Of a DNA stretch of 64,000 bases, positions 36,241-48,252 are shown piece by piece (position 1 is the first letter of the stretch; each line of letters starts with the position of its first letter). Below the pieces are notes generated by a model, which saw only the letters and a program-made list of their open reading frames with translations, searched no databases and had not been told where the DNA came from. A program made the translations under genes and the position numbers. Origin of the DNA: Polypterus senegalus (Eukaryota). The stretch lies in NCBI RefSeq assembly GCF_016835505.1, contig NC_053155.1, positions 74,532,088-74,596,087 on the forward strand, given 5' to 3'.

Positions 36241-39200
36241 AGGTGGCAGTTCGGTTCAGTTCTCTAATATTAAAATAATACTAAAAATACAAATTAATAC
36301 ATTATTATATCTGTAGTGCTGAATTAGTAAATTCCAAAATAACGTAGGATACGTACATTTAAACAAACCCTTAAGGATGTTTCTTTAACAAAATACTCTT
36401 AAAATGTTGTTTGTCAGAGAAACTGTTAAGTTTGCAACATTTGCTATTGTAAGATTTATATTGACATAATTAGCTTGTTAAAAAGTAACATTTAACAGAC
36501 TAGTCTCATCTTTTTACATTAATCTGATATTTCAGAGCTATTGTAAAAGAGTCTTTGCTGTGTTGTTCCCACGAGCGTAATAATAATAATAATAATTCAT
36601 TACATTTATATAGTGTTTTTATCGCTTAGCTGTGTGCTCATGGAGTCCGAGAGAGACGGGGGTTATGCTCATAAACATTATTTCACCCTCAAACACCAAA
36701 CGAGTAACACAAATGGACTGTTTTCAGGTTTGTACTTGGCAGTGAAGCAGTGCTGTGTTGCCGTTGTGCATATGTGCTTATTATATTAATTGGGATGTGC
36801 GCTTCAAGCACTGAAATCCTAAATCCATTTTATGTTAGTATTAAGAAATGGAGCATTTGAGTCGGCCCTTTTTCCAAACTCGCTGTAGATTTGCTACATT
36901 CTCACACTGCTCATGGCGAGTGGGTATGGATGCCTTTGATCGGGCGAATCCATCTGCCAAAGTGCTTGGAGTGTTCCTAATGGACTGCCATTGCGCCATT
37001 AATCCCTCCATTAAAGGACTGTCTGTCTTCTCATAGCGTCAGAAATCCCAATCTGGAGCAGACTCTGACTCTCAAGTGAACTGAACCAGTAATAAGAATA
37101 TTTCTGCTCTTTGGAAGAATCGCCTCGTCTAATGCATGATTCTTGAATCACTGAAGAACTCGGCCCTACTTAAGGCCCGCAGGACTCAAACAAAAATGAA
37201 TCTTACATCTGCATGTCCCGGATGTTCCCCTGCTACAATTCCTTCCATTAAAGCAAGCAAAGAAAAATCTTACATAATGTCCTAAAGACATCAGCGCTGA
37301 GGTTTGGGTTTGGTCCTGATACTCTAAATTGTTTTCCTCAGAGAATATTTCAGGCTATGAAGAATGTGTTGTTTTTAAGCTAAGCTTGATATGCCTGGTA
37401 TCTCAGAACATGAGGAAGCCTTATCTGATGTCCAGTTCCTTTTAAAGAGTTGCGCTTGGCTCTCACTGCCAGCCCTGGCCTTGACGACATGCCACCAGAA
37501 CTTACAGTGGCATTTTGGGAGCCTTCACGTCAAACTCCTCCATTAACATCTCCCCACTTGAACACAGCGCTGACCACCTTACTGGTACACATAACTCTGA
37601 CCCCGCATTACGTCAGAATTATAGACCTCTCGTCAATACAGATGTTAAATTATGAGCTAAAATGCTAGCTATGCATCCTGAAAAGGAGTCCACCCACACC
37701 AAACTGGCTTCATCCAGTCTCACAAGTTCCTTTTAACTTATGTACTGCTAAAATTAAAAGTTCATAACAAATCACTCGACATGCGGATGGTGGCTGCTAA
37801 GGCACTGAAATCCTATCTGGTGCAGCTTTCACTCCAATATTAGCAGCATTTCTAGCACCAGGTTTACTTCTCTGTACCTGAAATATCAGATGGCTGGCTG
37901 GGGTGTGGGGTTTCTTTTTTTTTCTTTTCTATTGTTGAGATGGCATTTTTATAAAGTGGTATTACATTTGTCATTTCAAACTTATAAAAAGATAAATAAA
38001 CCGTGGTATTTGCTACGATCACCCACCTATGCTGTAGGACTTTATATATCTTGGCACGCTGCTCTCCAAAAATGAATAATAATAATAAAAATCAGCTCTG
38101 CAAATGTCACCAGACCAAAAGTGTGCCAAGAAGTAAAATGTGGTTGAAGAACAAGACTGCAAGTGGACCTCTTTGTCCCCATGGATGGCCACAGTTGGGG
38201 TTTCTAGCAGTAACAATGAGGTGGGCTTTTGGCCTGCACCTGAAAGTGCACACCTGGGCACACTCAACTCTGTGAAGGACACACAGCCAGACAAAGTTAC
38301 ACAAGGGCCACACTTTAAGAAGGGAATACCAGAGGCCGTACTTTACAATAAGGGACACAGTAGTGGGTGCCATGAAGGGGCTCCGCATTCTCCTAAAAAG
38401 GACACACAAGTCAATGCAGGCAGCTTAGGGAAAGGCAAAGTGAGTGGAGCCTGAATGAGAGCTAAGGACTCTCCAAGAAGGACCTGTAATCACTGTGGCA
38501 GGTAAATTTGTGGAATCAAACTGGCGAGGTAGACATCAGGAGTTTCAGAGCCAAAGGCTTTGCATTAGAGTACCAAATGTCACATCATACAAAGCCATAG
38601 AGCGGCACTTCGTCAAATGTACGTACGTCATTCAGTTCAGGGTCACATGTGCAACAGGGCATACCCTGGAAAGGTATGCGCCACACACACCCCACAACAG
38701 CAACTTGCAATCGTGAGTTAATTTGGCTGGCAGAGCTGCAGCGAGAACAAGCAAATGCCACTCACAGAATAGTGGCATTCGAATCAGCACAGTGGCGGCA
38801 GCAGCAATGCCAAACACTGCCCAGCTCTGGTGTCCCAGAAAATGGCTAAGCAGCGGAGAAGAGACAATTTCACCTTCTGGTCATTAGCTGTCCATCTCCC
38901 TTACTTCCCATGTCAGTGCATATAAACAGACCTGCTCCTTGGTTTCTGTATTTAACAGTAAATTGTTTTTATCCTATTTTTCATACACGCCTAACCTCTG
39001 GGAATCCTGATTCACATCAAGCAGTGAAGAAAAGAAGAGTAGAAGAAAAATCTCAGAAAACTTGTTAGTTACTGGCTTGTCAAAGGTGATGCTGGGATTT
39101 AATTTTATCCTAAAACATGCCATCATTTCCAAATCATCTCTCCCTCTGCTGAACAAAATACTTTAACGCTCACAAATATTTGAATGTCTGGAATGGACGA

Positions 39201-40993
39201 GGTATTGTGCAGCGCAAAGAGCACGGATTTATGTTTTAGCTTATAAATAAACGGAATTATTCACTACATAAGCACACAAAAAATGAAATCATGATACGCA
39301 TTTTTGTTTCTGCACAATACACAACGCTGATGAAATACACGTCACGAAGTTCAGTCAAACCGCGATGCGTCACTATGCTGTGTAATCCAGACGCTTTGCG
39401 CTCTTACAGCCTGATCATGAAATAGGATTCTTTCAGGTACCATTTCTGCTTTTGATTTTTATCCTACATTAATTTTGCTCTCATTTTATCAGCCATTCTT
39501 GTCTTTGTTTTCATCATCACGCTGTAGGCACATACTTAGCGGGCTCTGAGACGATAGTAAGGTCCTTTGTATCCAGAGATTAATCTTCTAGAATACAGTC
39601 CCTAGTTAAATTGATTTTTAAAGTTTTATAATACAGGTTTGGTATTTGAGACCCTCAACCCTGAGCTTTTGAATTGTGGCCCCCTCTACACTTTAGGCCC
39701 TCAGTCCAGTTTCTAACTGCGGTGCCTCATGTCAAGTATAAAATGATTGCTAATGTCCTGATGGTTTATTTTTGTTGTGCTTCCTTTGTTACCGTTGCGA
39801 CTTTAAGGAGGGCAAATGTCTGGACTGCTCGTCATCAGCAGACTTGAAATAGCAATCACTTCATGACAGTAAAGCAGCGGACTACGGACCACACGACATC
39901 ACACCTATCAAATGTCTGTTCCGAACTAGGACAGTGGAATTGATATGAAAGGACTCATCTTGTGGACAGTTTAATATACAGTGCCCGCTCAAGAACTGGG
40001 CAAAGTACAAACCAGTATAGGCTCAAAGAATAATGAAACAGCCAAAAAAAACTGTGCAGGATGCTCTTCTTTATGGTGTACTTTGGCAAGCATCAGAAAA
40101 ACAACAGCAGGTGATGCGGGTGGCAGTTTAAAGTCGAGGTCGAGGGCTGCCCCTTGCACCATCCTTCAGCAGAACAGATATTGGGGTCCTTCCACATTGC
40201 CACAAAACGTGAGCGGAATAAAATGGATTTGCTTACAGGGCAACATCTTCATTTACATAGCCATGCTGATTTCTCGCAGCATCATCGGCTGTTGTTAGTT
40301 TTTAGTAAAATGCGCCTCCGGTTTGAATCGTTTCTCATTAAGAGATCATGTGGCACCTTTACCAAGGAAAGCTGGACACGGTTTTATCAATAAACTGTCA
40401 CAAGTGGAGATAAAGTGATGCCTGAAAACATCAAAAAAGAACAAAGACATCAGCTTACCTACGGCAATCGTCTTCACTGAGCTGACACCTCAAACCAAGC
40501 ATGTGCTACAAAATCAGTGACTTTTATTAAAACATTCTGAATGGCACGAACAAAGATGAGGGACACATGAATGACATGACATAAATAAAATCAAACCCAT
40601 ACCACACACAGGTTTTATCGCCTTTCTCTAAATAAAAAAGAGCCAAGCATAGAGAGTTAATACGTTCAGCTCAGCACATGCAGCTTCATAAGAAAACTCT
40701 CAGCCTCCTAAGACATCCAACTGCGCAAGCAAACTGCTCCTAAAATCCTCGCCAGTCCAGCACCTCCTTTTTAGTAGATGCCAGTGACTGTTGGCACTTT
40801 GAACAGCATACATCCACATAAACCCCAGTGCACTAATCCCTTGGATTTCACAAATATTTCCAAAGATAATTTACAGTGGTAATTTAAATAAAATATATTT
40901 TAGAAGTACATGACCCCACCAAAATTTACACTAAGCATAATTTTTCAATTGTGAAACTCTATGTATAGTACATGTTATATACAATATACACTC

Positions 40994-41025
<32 letters not shown>

Positions 41026-41202
41026 CCATAATTAGCAGAGGTTTTGTTCATACAGCACTGGCACAACGGCAAGCTTCAAGCTCATTATTTGTGTGCATAC
41101 ACTTCATTAAAGTTACATCTTTGATTTTTAAGTGACTAAACTTGAGACCAACTGTGTTAAACGTGTCCATCTCTTAACGAAAAACAACGTACAATTTCAT
41201 GG

Positions 41203-41395
41203 TCACATTCTTGTGTCAACAATGATGTTTCCATCTTTATCCTTTATTCTTACTCTCCCTGTTGGATAGTGAGTTTCCTGTTGTCCGCTGGCATACACCG
41301 TTTTAACGGTTCCATCCGGATACTCTCTCCTCTTGTACTCAGATGTGTGAAGTTCCCTTTGACCATTGATGAATTCTATAATTTTGTTTCCGTTT
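41203..41395 (-). CDS. cenpj: cenpj (CPAP) last coding exon: G-box / TCP10 C-terminal repeats, then stop
   Basis: Acceptor ...ttctgttctgaaatttcatacag|A. The exon starts with 1 nt completing CA|A = Q. Encodes (Q)[63 protein letters not shown]. This agrees with my recollection of the human CENPJ C-terminus (...[17 protein letters not shown]...[23 protein letters not shown]...). Confidence 0.85.
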
Positions 41396-42892
41396 CTGTA
41401 TGAAATTTCAGAACAGAAGAACAAAGTTAAACACCTAAATATTCGACAACAGTTCAGCTACACACATACCTCACACTACGGCTGAACTGTAAGCAGCAAC
41501 TGTACAATATAATGAAGCACATGCCCAAGATGGCCCCATTTATTGCTGCGCTAACACTGATATAAGAACAATGAAGTAGCGACCCCTACCACCCATTTAA
41601 CTACAGGCCAGAACTGCCTTCTGATGTCGGCACGGCCCTACTGCTAACATTTCTAACCAATAATTTCTCTTATGTGTGCTACAAAACACACCTTTCAAGT
41701 CTTCATATCCCATCTTTGTATTTCCTACACTTTGACATTTACTTCCATTAAATTTCACCTATGAAAACAGACCCACTTCTGAATTCTGTCCTAGTCCAGA
41801 AGTCAAGATGTTGCTGTCTGTCAGCCATCACTCTACCAAGATCAGGGGCATCTGTAAAGTCAGACCTTTGACCAAAATAAGCAAACCTTACCGAGCTGCA
41901 CTGATATTTATGTTTTAAAGGGCTGAATATCAAAATTGTTTTTGATTTTATGTGACATTGTTTTATATTGGGGGGGTGATTTTAAGGAAATGAAGAATTT
42001 GGAGATATGTTGTTTGTACAAGTATTCATTTTCCACATATTTTGCAGCAATAACAGCTTTAAGGGCTGGTTTATACTTCATGCTCAGAAAGCGTACACGC
42101 GCACATCATGGCTGCCAAGCGTTTCCAGCGTTCATTTGACACGTCCTCAGAAATGAATGCGACATGTGCGCAAGTTACAGTACCAGCAAAAAATCAGGGG
42201 GAGCAGTGCGTTCAAGTTGGAACGAGACGTTAGAGTCACCGTGACAGCAAACCACTTAGCAGGTCCTGCAGGGTCGACATGCGCACTTCGAGGTTTGATG
42301 AATGGTTCGATGTGGTGCAACAATCATCTAACTTAAACACGGACATATAAATGTATTCATGGTGCTTTTCTTCATCTATTTCTCACACAGACAATACAAG
42401 CATTGCATATTCCCCATCGTAATACATTTTATTACATCTTTTGTGCCATCTTTATTGCACCTTCACAGCAGCATCAGAATGTACGGCAGCGTACTTGAGC
42501 CAGAGAGCAAATAAAATTAAGGACACAATGAAAAAAGTCTCTCTTGTGATTAAAGTGGAAATTTCGGCTTTCATCTCAAAATTTCCAGTTTAATCTTGTA
42601 GTTTATTTTGCCATTAAAGCAGAACGTTGTAAACGTCATCTTAAAACTGACCCAGTTGTTAATCGCTATGTGCCTCTGGGGCTTCCTTCAGCACTGACAG
42701 CAGTGGCAAGCAGCATCGCCACACAGCACACATTAAATTTATGATATTCCATCTCTCTGCACATTTAGAATCCCCATATTTATACTTGATATCACTTTCA
42801 TGATGATATGTGTTAAAGGATGCAAAGTACATTTTACACATAAATTGTTAGATTCATTTAAATAATCGATATTGTTAATAATTACACATGTG

Positions 42893-43110
42893 GGGACGGC
42901 GCAGTGGTAGCGCTACTGCCTTGCAGTTGGGAGTCATGCCCTGGTGGTCCCTGCCTGCAGTTTGCATGTTCTTCTGGTGGATTTCCACAGTGTGCTCTGG
43001 TTTCCTTTCAAGAACATGCAGGTTTGGGGATTTGGTGAGCTAAAATGACACAAGTGTCTCTGTGTGTGCTCGATGAGCTGATGCCCCATCCAGAGATTGT
43101 TTCTCCCTCA
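42893..43110 (+). mobile_element. tRNA-derived SINE (head region)
   Basis: ggggacggcgcagtggtagcgctactgccttgcag...agtttgcatgttcttctggtggatttccacagtgtgctctggtttcctttcaagaacatgcaggtttgggga. The tRNA-like A/B-box region and the ...agtttgcatgttct...tggtttcc...acatgcagg core match the common teleost SINE family. It is not a tRNA gene. Confidence 0.5.
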
Positions 43111-45109
43111 TGCCCGATGCTTGTTGGGCACGTCCCTGGATTGATGGATGCAATCATTAAACATCCATCCTTTTCAGAGTTATTGTGGCATGGTTTCCTG
43201 AATTTAATGGATGTTTTGGGCAATTCACGACATAGTGAAGCTGAACTGATATCTTGCACTGCCACCTAGTGGAATTCTCCAGATTTACATAAAGGACATG
43301 CAGAAGTAGAAACAGTACACAGCTTACATAGCAGATGCGCCTGCAGGCACATGTGTCACATGATGTATAAACCTGGCCTAAGACTTTTTATCTTTGAACT
43401 ACTGTAACATTACTTTGGGCTTGTTTTTTTAGAGTCATTGTACTACTGAATAATCGACTTTTTATTGAAGCTTCAGCTCTTCAGAAAACTTAAAACAGGT
43501 TGTCTAAGTTTTTCATTTTATGAAGATCATGTTTCGATAATTGGCTTGTGAGCTTCACTCTGTTACATCATGGCTTACCAGATAATCGACCCTTTTCATT
43601 TTCATAAAAAAAAAAAAAAAAGTGTAATCATTTTAGTTATTTATTGTCACATGTAGAAGGTACAATGTAACTTATATGCACTGTCATACTCTCTCACAAG
43701 AGAACAAGACATAATGTAACTGGTGAAAAGCACTGCCAACACAATCACTTTATCCCTTAGGTAATGATTGGTGACGCATCCATGAAAAATGTAAAACTTC
43801 ACCCACAATGACCGCTGTGAGCAGACAAGCAGACTGGAAACGTAAAATTTACTACTTTGACTTTACTTTTTGTCACATGCATGCCTCAGAAAAGCCAAAG
43901 GCACATTTTCTTAAATTTAAGTCATTTTGCTTTAATGTGGATGTATTTGATAAGTTTAGTACCCCATTGGCTTCCATTTTAAATTGCAAGAACAGACAAG
44001 GTATTTGTTTTTAATTTACAGAAAATGTTTCACTACAAATATTATGTGGCAAATTAATATATACCATGATTGTAACGAAGTAACTGACTTGAAAAATACC
44101 AATCCTGCCCTTTAAGATTTTTTTTTTCTAACATGAAACAATGTCACCTTCAAAAAGTGATCTAAAATAAAAATGTAACAGTGAACTAAATTTCAGTGCA
44201 GGTTTTTCCTTTTTATTAATATCATACGATAACTGGTCAAGGGTCTGATTACTTTGCAGCTGCAGTACTAATCCCAAGGAGCCTGTATTTATTACCATCT
44301 AATTCAGGAAAACTTCCTCACACCACGACTTTTGGTTTCCTGTGTCTGTGTCCATGAGCACTCTTATGGGCAAACCGCCTTCAATATCCACAGAACTAGA
44401 CAAACTTTCCATAACAAAAACCATAACCTGATTTTTCTTCCTCTTTTTATTTTCACTTTTAAAGTAATCTGTCTCATTTATCAGTACAATTAAGATGCTA
44501 GCTGCCCAAGCTAGCTCCACAACTCATGAAGTACTGTACATGGGACTTGCAGGCTACAGGGGTCTATCTTGGAGCAGACCGAATTCAGCGACATGCAGTA
44601 AATGTAATCGCTAGACCTTGTGAATCACATTAGACCAAACACAAGAGAATTATGATATGTATACAGTAAGCCACACAGTGGTGAAATTTAGCATCATTTG
44701 ACAACTCCAAACTATTCTGGCCCATTACACCATCAGCAGCACTGGGCACAAAGTCATCAGAAGGCCCACTCACACACATACCAACACTCACGTGAAGCCA
44801 GATTGGAGCTGCAAATTAACACAATCTGAATCTTTTGGGCATAAAGGAATAAAGCTGTTTGATAGATCCAGCACTCTGGGTTTGAATCCTGTGCCTAGCA
44901 ACTGTTTATGAGGAGTTTCCACCTTCTCTCAGCAAAAACTGTCTTTGTAAGAGGAGGGATAATCTACCACTCAGAAGGTCAATTCAGAATCTCCAACTAC
45001 ACTATCAAACTAAATCAAAACCACCATAAACGTCTCAACTAAGAAAAAATTAATATAAAAATGTCCAGTCTCCTGCTTCACATACCAACAAGGAAGCAAG
45101 TCATTTCTA

Positions 45110-46376
45110 CAGGGTGAGCCAAAATGAAGTACCACATTTCTAAAGGTCACTGCAAGAGGTAGAGGCAGCCAAGTGGGATTGAGTGGGGGTCCTTTGCTAG
45201 GCAATCCCTTGTAGTTTTCAGTTGGCACCATGCTTTCACTGTCGAAGCATTCTAATGAATCCATCATCACTACGCAACATGCCTTCCGAACGCACTTCAG
45301 CATTCCTTCTAACGGTGACGCTCCAAATTGGAAAACAATTCTTCAGTGGGTAGCTAAATTTAGACAGACGGGTACAACATTGAACAGAAAATCTCCAGGC
45401 TGTCCTCTGACTGTACAAACACCTGAAAACATCCAAGCTGTAAGGGCATCAGTTTTGCAGTCTCCTAGATGTTCAGCACGTAAACATACTTCTGTCTTAG
45501 ACATTTCCAACACATCTTTGAGGAGGATTTTGCATGAGGACCTTAATTTCCATCCATACAAAATGATGGTAAGTGCAGGAACTCACTGAGAGAGACTGGG
45601 AGAGTTGTGCACGAACATTCTGCAAACCGTTCATCGAGATGCCATTGCTATGTGCAACGCCGAGGCACAATGCATGTGTAAATAAGCAATACTCTCTTCT
45701 CTATTGGGCTAAAACCAACCCTCGTAAACTTCATCAGAGACCCCTGCACAGTGAGTGTGTTTCTACAACAGCACACCAAACTGTATCTGGCATTGTAGGC
45801 CCTTACTTTTTTGAGGAGGTGGGAGCAATGCTTACCGTTACTTCAGAATATTGCATTGAAATGTTCGAGAACTCTTTGTGGCCCCAAACTGGAAGAAATG
45901 GATTTGGTAGATGCCTGGTTTAACAGACTGGAGCAATAGCTCATACGGCACAGAGATCCATGCAAGTTTTGTGGGAGATGTATCTGGAGAAGCTGATCTC
46001 CCTGCGTGGAAATGTCAGGTGGCCTTCACTTTTGCCTGATCTCACTCCATGCTATTTCTTCTTGTGGGGCTCTCTCAAGTCAAAGGTATATACACACCGA
46101 CCTCAAAACCTTGAAGCCCTCAAGGATGCTATTCACCACAAAACTGCTGCTATTCCTCTTGAAATGGCTGAACAAGTCATGTGAGAGTTCAGAAATCGTC
46201 TCAAAGAGTGCATCGCTAATGATGGCCACCATCTTGAAGACATCATTTTTAAAACAGTGAAAAAAAAAAAATCTACTTTGTATACCCTTTCTTAAATCGT
46301 AATGAGATTTATTTTATCTTGTAGTGATTTTGTAGAATCAATGTTTGAAATGTGGTACGTTTTCTTGGCTCACCCT
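45110..46376 (+). mobile_element. mariner-like (Tc1/mariner superfamily) element with ~30-bp imperfect terminal inverted repeats; transposase frameshifted
   Basis: 5' repeat cagggtgagccaaaatgaagtaccacatttc and 3' repeat gaaatgtggtacgttttcttggctcaccctg (reverse complement cagggtgagccaagaaaacgtaccacatttc). Three consecutive ORFs (45230-45589, 45573-45923, 45960-46184) carry a helix-turn-helix N-terminus, then ...WFQQDGATAHTA...LLPDLTPCYFFLWGSLK. The second-D to third-position spacing is about 41 residues, and the third residue is Y rather than D. The 5' flank is TA; the 3' flank is AA. Confidence 0.7.
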
Positions 46377-46470
46377 GAATTTATAACTTCAAAATAAACT
46401 CTTTTAATTCAATTAAATTAGTATTATGCGTATGTTTAGAATAAATGTGAATGTGTAAGACAGGACTCAC

Positions 46471-46591
46471 TGTGCCACTCTTATTACTGTGCCATCAGGC
46501 AGTAAGCTTTCTTCCTGGCCATCTGGATACACATTCTTTATAGTCTGGTCAGGAAAAGTGATTTCTTTTCTTCCATCAGGAAAATGTTTTT
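46471..46591 (-). CDS. cenpj: cenpj penultimate exon (G-box repeats)
   Basis: Acceptor tattcttag|AA and donor CA|gtgagt. Phase 1 to 2. Encodes (E)[39 protein letters not shown](Q), compared with human ...[40 protein letters not shown]. Confidence 0.85.
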
Positions 46592-47043
46592 CTAAGAATA
46601 TAGTCAAAACAAAAATAAACTGGTTAATGGATTGTATATATTCCATAAAACCTCATAATCAACTGACAACAAGAGGGTTGCCACAGGCAGAATAGCTGTA
46701 AAACAAGCACAAGTCAGGAAAAAGACACAACTAACACACCTGGGACAGCTAGATCTATAAAGTACTGCATGCACCTCAGAAGTGAGTATTGTGTTAAATG
46801 TACCATCATGGAGTCTAACAGAAGTTCTTCCATAAATCTTATTTTACTTATTGACAGTTTAGACATGTGTGTAGGTGGTAATTTTGCTTCTAAACAAGGT
46901 CACAGAAGTGTATTACTACACACCTAACACTATGGAAATGGCATATTAAAATTTTGCAGCACAAGTTCAGCTGCCATCACAGTAGAGCCCTAAGCACACC
47001 CTTATTTGTGTTTTTATTACAAGTATTTCATGGTAAATCTTAC

Positions 47044-47128
47044 CTATTTGATTGTTAGGAAACTGCAAAACCTCAAGACCATCTGGATAAGTAGTATGGG
47101 TTGTCTGTGCATCAGCATAAAAATATAT
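47044..47128 (-). CDS. cenpj: cenpj exon (G-box)
   Basis: Acceptor ctctcttttcag and donor G|gtaaga. Phase 0 to 1. Encodes [28 protein letters not shown], compared with human [28 protein letters not shown]. Confidence 0.85.
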
Positions 47129-47204
47129 CTGAAAAGAGAGACAGCAACCCTTTAAGTTTACTAATACTCACCCCATTTAAAGCAAATCAACACAAGGTAC
47201 TCAC

Positions 47205-47345
47205 CACTCTCTGGTCTGCCATGATTTGTTTAATATCGCCATTGAAGAATGTCACTTTTATCGTCTTTCCATCAGCACATATCTCCTTTCTGCTTCCATT
47301 GGGGAAAATGATGATTTGGTCACCATTTTGCAGAATCTGTTCAAT
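47205..47345 (-). CDS. cenpj: cenpj exon (G-box)
   Basis: Acceptor atatatttacag and donor GTG|gtgagt. Phase 0 to 0. Encodes [47 protein letters not shown], compared with human ...[34 protein letters not shown]. Confidence 0.85.
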
Positions 47346-47727
47346 CTGTAAATATATTTAAACAATAATAACTGTTGCAACACATCTTTTGTAAAGAGTA
47401 TTTCTGATTAATTACAGTTCAAGTGTTCAACACTGCCTGTATCATTCCACTGGAATACAAATGAACAAAACACAAATCTCAGTGAATGCATTTTAAATAA
47501 AACTGATATGTGAATACCCCACCTTTATAAAACATTAGAAAGTAGACTAAAGAAAAAACACATTTTGTCATGTAGTGTAACATTCAAGTACAAAAGATTT
47601 CTGATCAATATTTTATTTTATAACACATCTGACTAAGTTAACATCCCAGCTACCACTGATGTTCAGCTGTACCTATTACTGTACATAAAAGTGAATTATC
47701 AACCTCTTTGATTTGTAGAAATCCTAC

Positions 47728-47787
47728 CTTTCCATCAGCATGGCTTATTTCCTGAAGGACTTCTTGTCGTAAACCACCTGAAGTAGT
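47728..47787 (-). CDS. cenpj: cenpj exon (start of the G-box region)
   Basis: Acceptor ttttcttgtacag and donor AAG|gtagga. Phase 0 to 0. Encodes TTSGGLRQEVLQEISHADGK. Confidence 0.7.
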
Positions 47788-48001
47788 CTGTACAAGAAAA
47801 GCAAAAAGAACAAATACTGTGCTAAAATACATTAAACATTTTCTTGTTTATATATGACAAAGGAAAATTGTTTAAATCATTTAATTCAACAAATAGTTGT
47901 ACAATTGTCATAGAATGAATATAAAACTAATTAAATATATTCAGTAAAATAATACTACTAAGCAGTAATTTAGTAAATTAAAAAAAAGACAAAAGGCTTA
48001 C

Positions 48002-48120
48002 TTGATGTGGTTTTGTAGCCATTCCTGGATAGACTACGTTGTGCAACTGTCCAGCAGTTTCTAGTGCCTCCACTTGACATTTATCTGCTAACACTGGTAT
48101 ATTTTTTCTTCCTTCATTTT
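48002..48120 (-). CDS. cenpj: cenpj exon
   Basis: Acceptor cataatactttcag and donor CAA|gtaagc. Phase 1 to 0. Encodes (E)NEGRKNIPVLADKCQVEALETAGQLHNVVYPGMATKPHQ. The acceptor lies 133 bp downstream, in gene orientation, of the intact Tc1 insertion. Confidence 0.7.
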
Positions 48121-48129
48121 CTGAAAGTA

Positions 48130-48158
48130 TTATGCATTTTATATATTTAATATATATA

Positions 48159-48234
<76 letters not shown>

Positions 48235-48250
48235 TACATACACACACATA
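48130..48250. repeat. (TA)n/(CA)n compound microsatellite (the Tc1 target site)
   Basis: tatatatttatatatatatatatatatatatatatatatatatatacacacacacacacacacacacatacatacatacacacacatatata. A similar (TA/CA)n stretch resumes at 49483-49540 on the other side of the Tc1. Confidence 0.9.
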
Positions 48251-48252
48251 TA

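Noticed and set aside
42893-42965. a possible tRNA gene
   Set aside because: The acceptor-stem and D-arm-like sequence continues directly into the SINE core (agtttgcatgttct...). No proper anticodon or T arm and no 3' CCA context are present, so this is a SINE head.
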